Part shown: in pieces, positions 58,036 to 64,000 of the stretch
Numbering within the stretch: the stretch's first letter is position 1
How the letters are laid out: each line of letters opens with the position of its first letter
Notes under the pieces: generated by a model
The model's database searches: none
What the model was told of the DNA's origin: nothing
What the model saw: the letters and a program-made list of their open reading frames with translations, nothing else
Source: Truepera sp.
GTDB lineage: Bacteria > Deinococcota > Deinococci > Deinococcales > Trueperaceae
Reading direction: 5' to 3'
NCBI GenBank assembly: GCA_965218435.1
Contig: CBDCKW010000009.1
Coordinates: 1,792,001-1,856,000 of the forward strand
Length of the DNA: 64,000 nucleotides
Program-made: the position numbers and the translations under genes

Positions 58036-58701
58036 TCAGCGGTAGTTGTGCAGGTCAACCTTGAAGCTGTACGCTCTGCCGCTGCTGTCGGTAAACTCGA
58101 GCGTTCCTTGCAGGTTTGCGACAGCTACACCCTGAGCCGCCAAAGACGCTAAATCAAAAGTGTAGTCAACATAACCTAACCACAAAAACTCGGTTTGTTT
58201 CCCCTGAACGGTATAGAAGTCTTTCGCCGGGCCGAACGTGTCGGCGTGCGCCGCCGACAAGGTGTTGCCCCCGGTTGTCAGGGTTGCCGGACTGAACTGC
58301 GAGAGAAAGTTCCGGTCTTTCTCTTCACCACTGGGCGCGTGAGCAAACGCGACGAAATGTACGGTGTTATTAAGCGCCTTCGCTTTCTGCTGAGCTTTAG
58401 CCGTCGTCAAACCGGGACCCTGATAGTGAGAAAGGTAACTCGCATACTGTAAACGCTCAAACGGTGTGCCGACGACCACGGCTTCGACCTCCCCTTCGTC
58501 GGGGGTAATGACCAGCGGGTCGGACACGTCGAAGAGTACGTAATCTTTAACCACGTAGCCGTGTTTCGGGCTGAGCATCGCTTTACCGGAACTGACCGCC
58601 GCCTGAACGTCTTTTTGCGACAGCACCGGCGTAAAGGCAACTGTCGCGCCTAAAAGCAACACGAAACTCAGGGTCGCCATACCCTTAACTATTTTCGTCA
58701 T
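58036..58701 (-). CDS. Hypothetical secreted protein
   Basis: Signal peptide (ATVA-F), AAAGGAGG RBS, 66 bp downstream of the PQQ dehydrogenase. Confidence 0.8.
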   Translation of the reverse strand: MTKIVKGMATLSFVLLLGATVAFTPVLSQKDVQAAVSSGKAMLSPKHGYVVKDYVLFDVSDPLVITPDEGEVEAVVVGTPFERLQYASYLSHYQGPGLTTAKAQQKAKALNNTVHFVAFAHAPSGEEKDRNFLSQFSPATLTTGGNTLSAAHADTFGPAKDFYTVQGKQTEFLWLGYVDYTFDLASLAAQGVAVANLQGTLEFTDSSGRAYSFKVDLHNYR

Positions 58702-58712
58702 AACCCTCCTTT

Positions 58713-58742
58713 GGGCAACTGAAGGAATCCCCCCAGTTGCCC
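58713..58742. promoter_or_regulatory. Intercistronic stem-loop next to an RBS
   Basis: GGGCAACTG-N12-CAGTTGCCC with no U tract on the coding strand. Confidence 0.5.
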
Positions 58743-58767
58743 GTTTGCTCTGGTTTGCTCGGCGGCG

Positions 58768-60819
58768 CTACTGGGGAAGCGCAAATAACAGCAGAGTTGC
58801 GGCGGCTCCTGTGTTGGGCGACCAACTGCGCGAAGCACCGTTCCCCGAGGCGACGGCGAGATACTGCTGACCGTCAAGCTCATAGGTAGAGATGCCCGCG
58901 CCGATAGGCCCGCCGGTATTAAAGCTGTAACGTACCTTGCCCGTCTTAGCGTCGAGTGCCACGAAGTTGCCGTTTAACTCCCCGGTAAAAACCAAACCAC
59001 CCGCCGTCGGCGTCAGCGCAGCAATCAGCGGTTGTTTCGCGTGGTACTGCCACAGCACTTTGCCGCTGGCCGCGTCGTAAGCTTGGAGCCAGCCGCTCGC
59101 TTTGGTGACCGGGTCGGGCGTATAGGTACCGCCGAAAAAGAGTTGACCTTTGGTGTAGCGTATTTCGCCCAATCGGTAGGTGGTACACCAGTCAACGCTG
59201 TTGACAAAGATGGCGTTGCCCTCGGGGTCGTAGGTAGGGCCGTACCACTCGACGCCGCCCGTAATCCCTGGACAAACGCGCGTACCGTCCTGGGTAGGCG
59301 CGACGTCGGCATTCTTAAACGACGTTGTTTTAACCTTGTAGAGCAACTTTTTGGTCTGGTCGTTATAGACGTAGAGGTGTCCGCCCTTGTTGGCAACGGC
59401 CATATAGGTAGTACCCCCTGACTGTCCCGAGGCGCTGCCGGATGACGGTTGCGAAAAAAGGATCGGCGCGGCGGCGGTGTCCCAGTCGTGAGAGTCGTTG
59501 GGAATCTGCTGGTAGTAGTGCTCGAGCTTCCCACTCTTCGCGTTGAGGACGATCACCGAGTTGGTATAGAGGTTTTTGCCCGGCCTGGACTGGGCGGAAA
59601 AGTCAGGCGAGGGGTTGCCGACCGGAACGTAGAGCAAACCGGTTTTCGCATCCAGAGAGTAAGAAGTCCAGTTCGAGCCGCCCCCCGTCGCAGCAGCGTC
59701 GGCGCTCCCGAAGGTTTTAGGGACGATTTCGCCAAACGACCACACCTGCTTACCGGTTTTGACGTCGAAGGCGAACATCTGAGCGTTCGCGCCCCAATCC
59801 GCGCCCGCCGTCCCCGTCAGGACGAGGTTATGCCAGACAATCGGCACTGAACTCAGGAAGTATCCCTGCGTAGAATCAACAGGCCGGATGTTCCAGAGCA
59901 GGTCACCTGTTTTAGCGTCCAGAGCGAGCAGGTGGGCGTCCGGCGTACCGCGAAACACGCGGCCTCCGGCAATCGCCACACCGCGGTTGACGGATATAGG
60001 CACCGGGCCTTGAGGCGTGTATTCGTAGCTCCAGACCTGCTTGCAGTTTTGCGCGTTAACGGCGTAGGTGTTGTTCCCTGTCGTCAGGTAGATGAGCCCG
60101 TCGTAAACGACCGGACTCGTCTGGTAAGAGATGTCCGCTTCCCCTAACTGAAGGATGCACTTGACCTGCAAGTTTTTTACGTTGTCGGTGTTGATCTGTT
60201 TGAGGCTCGAGTAACGCTGCCCGTTATAGCCTTTGTTATACATCAGCCAGCTGTCGGTGCTCTTAGCTGCGTTGGTCAGCTCTTGTTGTGAAGGGGCCTG
60301 CGTAGACGGCTGCGCTGGAGGTTGGTTGGCCTGACTGCTTTGCGTTCCGCCCGCTCCACCCGAAGCAGCGCCGCCCGAGCCCGCCCCACCCGACGCTTGG
60401 CCCTGATTCTGTCCACCCCCGGACGCCGAATTACCACTCCCGGAGTTGCTACCGCCGGAGCCGCTCGAGCCCGACCCGCTTGATCCTGACCCGCTGCGTC
60501 CCTGCGCGACCTGTTGGACGCTGACCTTGCCGAAATCGTTGCCCCAACTGGTACGAATATAGGTCGAGAGCGCAGCGATCTGTTTGTTTGAGAGCTGATC
60601 GAACGCGGGCATCCCGCCGCCACCGTGTAAAATCTGGTCGTAAGCCTTGCTCGCATCCTTGAGATTTTGGTCGCCCGCCAGCGCCGGACCGATTCCGCCC
60701 TTACCGTTGGCCCCGTGGCACCCCGAGCAGCCTTGCTGCGAATAGAGTTGTTCGCCATTTTGGGCAAACGTCAGACAAGTCAGGCTTATAACGACTGCTA
60801 ATGCCAGTGTTTTATACAT
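58768..60819 (-). CDS. PQQ-dependent dehydrogenase with N-terminal cytochrome c and Gly/Ser linker
   Basis: Signal peptide, CSGCH...GGMP, GS-rich linker, RYSSLKQI, VNRG, LDAKTG..W propeller repeats, CPG..GGVEW. Confidence 0.9.
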   Translation of the reverse strand: MYKTLALAVVISLTCLTFAQNGEQLYSQQGCSGCHGANGKGGIGPALAGDQNLKDASKAYDQILHGGGGMPAFDQLSNKQIAALSTYIRTSWGNDFGKVSVQQVAQGRSGSGSSGSGSSGSGGSNSGSGNSASGGGQNQGQASGGAGSGGAASGGAGGTQSSQANQPPAQPSTQAPSQQELTNAAKSTDSWLMYNKGYNGQRYSSLKQINTDNVKNLQVKCILQLGEADISYQTSPVVYDGLIYLTTGNNTYAVNAQNCKQVWSYEYTPQGPVPISVNRGVAIAGGRVFRGTPDAHLLALDAKTGDLLWNIRPVDSTQGYFLSSVPIVWHNLVLTGTAGADWGANAQMFAFDVKTGKQVWSFGEIVPKTFGSADAAATGGGSNWTSYSLDAKTGLLYVPVGNPSPDFSAQSRPGKNLYTNSVIVLNAKSGKLEHYYQQIPNDSHDWDTAAAPILFSQPSSGSASGQSGGTTYMAVANKGGHLYVYNDQTKKLLYKVKTTSFKNADVAPTQDGTRVCPGITGGVEWYGPTYDPEGNAIFVNSVDWCTTYRLGEIRYTKGQLFFGGTYTPDPVTKASGWLQAYDAASGKVLWQYHAKQPLIAALTPTAGGLVFTGELNGNFVALDAKTGKVRYSFNTGGPIGAGISTYELDGQQYLAVASGNGASRSWSPNTGAAATLLLFALPQ

Positions 60820-60992
60820 AGCTTTCCCTCAACCCTTTTCTCTATAACCTCATTTGGCATTTTTGCCAAGTATAAACCGGTTTACCGACTTTCAGACGAT
60901 ACGCACCTGAAAGGGGAAACTATGGCGACCAACCCAACCTCCTTTACATCCAGCATCGTCCTGCTGCAAGGACTAGAACTGTAACTAAAGCT

Positions 60993-62414
60993 TCATTTTG
61001 AGGCTCGAGCCAATCCCTCCAGCCACACTTTTATAGGGCTGTAGCCTGTTTGCACATCTTTTACGGTGACCGGTAGCGAGATGTCCGGCGTTAAGGTGTC
61101 GGCAGGGTCGCGGCTTGGGTCAGGACGGACGAAGTATTTGTAAGATACGCGTAAAGGTAAGTTGAGGTTTGGCGTGATGAACTCAAGGTAATCGCCGTAA
61201 CTCGTCGGCATCCCGCCCGTAGCTTCGCCTACAAAAGTGGCGACGTGGTTATCACTAAACACCGTGGCGGTATCTACAGCCGAACTAAAAGATGCGGAAT
61301 CGATTAAGATATAAACTTTTCCAGTAAAAATTGGAGACTCTTTCGGAATGACTTCATTTTCTGATGCTATTCGATAAACATTTCCACCAAGTGCTACGCC
61401 GCCCACTTGATGATTACGGGCAGCTTCGTCGAATTGCGCTTGTGTAAAACCTAACGCCTGTAACGCCGCAGACGAAAAGCGGTTATCGGCAGAGAAGCTG
61501 CGGAAACTTCTCTTCGGCAAATATGCCATAAGTGTGTACATCAGGCTAGAATCGCCACCACCATTTTGCTGAACGCTGATGACTACATTGCCGACACCCG
61601 TAGCCGATACCTCTTCAAAAAACCGTTGCACTTCTGCACGGTATTCGGGTGTGACTTCAAAATGTCGCAACCAAAAGAAACCATAATTTTTGGGTTTGTC
61701 TAGTCGCCAAGCCAAGGTGTCGTTGATAAGGTGCCAACTACCGCTGAGCCCCCTAGCCTTCTCGAGCAACTCATCCAACGCTTTAGACTGCCCAATGCTG
61801 TAGCTCGTCAGTCCTACTTTTACGGTCTTAACCAAACCGGAAGGCGTGCGGAGCGTCAGAGTTACAGCGTCGTTTTGAACCACGCCCAGCCACCGCAACA
61901 CGCTCTCAGCGGGCAAAATGTAAGCACCCATTTCTTGTACCCAGTAACGATTTTCCGAAACCAGCCGCGACAGTTTGCGTTCTAACGCTTCAGTGTCCAA
62001 ATCGCCGATTTTTAAGACTTCACTGGCAACCGGAATCTCTACTTTGGAGCCTGTGACCGGCGCAACTACAAGCCCGTCTGAGAGCCACGCAAAAGAGAGC
62101 GGTAGGTAACGCGAGCTGCCAAAGGTTAGGTCAGTCGAGGTGTGGGCGTCGTTTACGACCCGTAAAAGCTCCGCAACGGTTACACCCACGCGCCACCGTG
62201 GGACTTCATCCGGCAAAGCTCGAGTCAGAGAGGCGGCTTTGGCCTCGAGCTTTTCTCTTACCCCTTTGTTGACCAGCGCCGGATGCACTTCAGACACGGT
62301 TTTTACGGTGTAGGCAAGGTCTTGCGCCAGCGCCGCTTTAGAAACACTTTGAGCTGAAGTGGAGGCTGCGAAAAGAGCCGTAAAAAGGCAAACGGAAAAC
62401 AAACTGATTTTCAT
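60993..62414 (-). CDS. S41-family peptidase, secreted
   Basis: HP, DAHT, PDZ-like segment, NGGGDS, SFSSA, VGEATGG, PD. Confidence 0.82.
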   Translation of the reverse strand: MKISLFSVCLFTALFAASTSAQSVSKAALAQDLAYTVKTVSEVHPALVNKGVREKLEAKAASLTRALPDEVPRWRVGVTVAELLRVVNDAHTSTDLTFGSSRYLPLSFAWLSDGLVVAPVTGSKVEIPVASEVLKIGDLDTEALERKLSRLVSENRYWVQEMGAYILPAESVLRWLGVVQNDAVTLTLRTPSGLVKTVKVGLTSYSIGQSKALDELLEKARGLSGSWHLINDTLAWRLDKPKNYGFFWLRHFEVTPEYRAEVQRFFEEVSATGVGNVVISVQQNGGGDSSLMYTLMAYLPKRSFRSFSADNRFSSAALQALGFTQAQFDEAARNHQVGGVALGGNVYRIASENEVIPKESPIFTGKVYILIDSASFSSAVDTATVFSDNHVATFVGEATGGMPTSYGDYLEFITPNLNLPLRVSYKYFVRPDPSRDPADTLTPDISLPVTVKDVQTGYSPIKVWLEGLARASK

Positions 62415-62436
62415 AGTAGAGTCTACTCACGTACAG

Positions 62437-62474
62437 AAAAAAGAGCAATGAGTAGTAAAACCTCATTACTTTTT
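62437..62474 (-). terminator. Probable intrinsic terminator
   Basis: Minus strand AGTAATGAG-loop-CTCATTGCT followed by CTTTTTT. Confidence 0.6.
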
Positions 62475-62482
62475 ACCTATTT

Positions 62483-62790
62483 TTAGAACGTGATCTCATA
62501 TGTCCCGAACCCCTCCGCGCTCGGTCCCCCGAAGGTCACCTCGGCAGCTTGCGGAACCGCGTCTTGCGCGGCAGCGGCATCAAAGGTCGCCGTCACCTCA
62601 CCGGGCAGGTCAGCAAAGCTCCAGTTGTCGTCGGCGCTCGGATTGACCGACCCTTCGGCAGCGAGGTAGCCGATTAACACCTGCCGGTTTTCGTCGGGCG
62701 AGTCGATGACGATGTTTGAGCCGTCCAGACCGGGGAACGCCCCGCCGCCCGAGGCGCGGCAGTTGCTGGTGGCGACTAAAAGAAGCAGTG
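62483..62790 (-). pseudogene. cpdB: C-terminal remnant of CpdB (2',3'-cyclic-nucleotide 2'-phosphodiesterase / 3'-nucleotidase)
   Basis: LVATSNCRASGGG...SPDENRQVL...PSADDNW...GFGTY resembles CpdB LVATNNYRA..G...SPDENR.VL...PAADNNW...GFA.Y. The catalytic N-terminal domain is absent. Confidence 0.78.
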
Positions 62791-62814
62791 TCGCGGCTGA
62801 AAAGACCGTCAAGT

Positions 62815-63078
62815 TTAGAGACCGTTAGCTGTAAGCACCTCGAGCACGTTGCGGGCGGCTCTCGTGACCCCTGGATGCGACGCTTCAAAACGCTCCACGG
62901 TATCCTCGAGCCTTGTCCGGTAATTCGGGTCAGCTGCGACGATAACATGAGGGTCAGGGTGCTCCAACGTCTTTTTAGTATCTTGTTGCAGTGCGGTTAA
63001 GGTCTCATGCGCTTCTTTGGAATTGGCTTGGTCGAGTTCGGTATGGAGGTGCTCGAGGGGTTCACGCAGTTGGCTCAT
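62815..63078 (-). CDS. DUF4404-family protein
   Basis: LEHLHTEL...VERFEASHP...L..NGL. AAAGGAG RBS. Confidence 0.85.
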   Translation of the reverse strand: MSQLREPLEHLHTELDQANSKEAHETLTALQQDTKKTLEHPDPHVIVAADPNYRTRLEDTVERFEASHPGVTRAARNVLEVLTANGL

Positions 63079-63110
63079 GATAAGGCTCCTTTACATGAAG
63101 TTTTCTGATC

Positions 63111-63635
63111 TTACCGCTCCGAATTCACCTTGTTCGCGCTTAGTTTCAGAATGAACTCTTCGACCTCCTTGCCACGTGCGTTGGAGAACCCCTTGTCCTC
63201 GCTGGAAATCGTGAACCCACATTTTTGCAGAACCCGAATCGATGCAACGTTATCTTTTGCAGCACGGGCATAAAGAGGGCGTACGTTTACGTGACCCAGG
63301 AGCTTTGAGAGTGCTTCTGTAGCGAAGCCCTTGCCCCAGTATTCCCTTCCAAGCCAGTAGCTAACTTCTCGCTCACTGAACTGCTCAAAGCTTGAGATAT
63401 TACCGGCTACCTGCCCACCAACGAGAATCGTCTTATTCACGTTAGCCTCGTCACCCAAAATCTTAGTCCAATGGGCCATAAACACGTTTCTGTCCGCCGG
63501 GTTTTTGGCCGTGAAGGCAGCCATATAGTTGGCATCTACGTCCAACTGCTGCTCGAAGAACACAAAAAGGTCGTCCTTTACAACGTCTCGTAGGAGGAGG
63601 TCGCGCGTCAAGGGGCTCGGTTCATGGTTGTCCAT
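63111..63635 (-). CDS. GNAT acetyltransferase (RimJ/RimL type)
   Basis: EVSYWLGREYWGKGFAT, DNVASIRVLQKCGF. Confidence 0.92.
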   Translation of the reverse strand: MDNHEPSPLTRDLLLRDVVKDDLFVFFEQQLDVDANYMAAFTAKNPADRNVFMAHWTKILGDEANVNKTILVGGQVAGNISSFEQFSEREVSYWLGREYWGKGFATEALSKLLGHVNVRPLYARAAKDNVASIRVLQKCGFTISSEDKGFSNARGKEVEEFILKLSANKVNSER

Positions 63636-63656
63636 ATCGTCCTCATCTCTGAGCAA

Positions 63657-64000
63657 TCAAGTTTCGGCTTCGCCGAGCACGCCCTTCAACCGCGCAACAA
63701 CTTCATCAACCTCTTCTTTGGTGATAATCAAGGGCGGGACAAAACGAATGACCGTCGCCCCGGCGTTGATGCTCAACACCCCGGCGTCACGAAGCGCACG
63801 GACGATGGGCGCAACTTTGCCCTTAAACTCGACGCCGATCATTAGACCTAGCCCACGAACCGAGCGAATTTGCGGTGCGTCGAGGGCGCGGAGTTGCTCT
63901 TGAAAATACGCCCCGACTTCCGCTGCATTTTGGATGAGATTACGCGCTTCAAACTCTTCTAACACTGCGACTCCAGCCGCCGACGCGAGCGCGTTGCCGC
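63657..64000 (-). CDS. lysJ: Class III aminotransferase LysJ/ArgD, 3' end (partial)
   Basis: GNALASAA, VRGLGLMIGVE, AGATVIRFVPPL. Runs off the window end. Confidence 0.8.
   Translation of the reverse strand, partial: GNALASAAGVAVLEEFEARNLIQNAAEVGAYFQEQLRALDAPQIRSVRGLGLMIGVEFKGKVAPIVRALRDAGVLSINAGATVIRFVPPLIITKEEVDEVVARLKGVLGEAET

Noticed and set aside
60320..60500. GS-rich stretch as a DNA repeat array
   Set aside because: It is an in-frame protein linker with varied synonymous codons, not a repeat-spacer array.
1..64000. CRISPR arrays, tRNA/rRNA genes, prophage or defence genes, and the many antisense ORFs in the track
   Set aside because: No repeat-spacer periodicity, RNA-gene motifs or phage/defence domains were recognised by eye. 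The overlapping ORFs are expected shadows of GC-rich genes. A covariance-model scan was not possible.

Overview
A 64-kb, moderately GC-rich bacterial chromosomal segment, most likely Deinococcota (Truepera-like). The assignment rests on a LysJ-like aminotransferase, a chorismate mutase-DAHP synthase fusion, a DR_B0118-like desiccation protein and several leaderless TANNNT-N5-7-start genes. Left third (1-20 kb): housekeeping and stress genes (GT4 fusion, TRAP transporter, Tat-exported ferritin-like protein followed by tatA-tatC, CM-DAHP synthase, a two-component system with a serine hydrolase, polyferredoxin) and an intact IS4 with 16-bp TIRs and a 9-bp TSD. Middle (20.5-46.1 kb): a ~26-kb surface-polysaccharide locus with a lipoprotein glycoside hydrolase, two TolC proteins plus an adaptor with no pump, Wzx, Wzy-like, Wzc-like, several glycosyltransferases and a sialyltransferase-like gene. 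It also holds an incomplete legionaminic-acid-type pathway (NeuA/NeuB/NeuD/LegB/PtmE, no LegC or LegG) with two uncharacterised hydrolase-fold genes, and an IS5. Right third (46.7-64 kb): an 8-gene ThDP enzyme/enolase/FAD-FeS oxidoreductase/PPC/SDR/GH15 cluster, a PQQ dehydrogenase with N-terminal cytochrome c, an S41 peptidase, a cpdB remnant, a GNAT and lysJ/argD. The palindrome CTCGAG occurs about 130 times by hand count and is absent from both IS elements. No rRNA, tRNA or CRISPR array was seen. All family calls are from motif recognition, not database searches.
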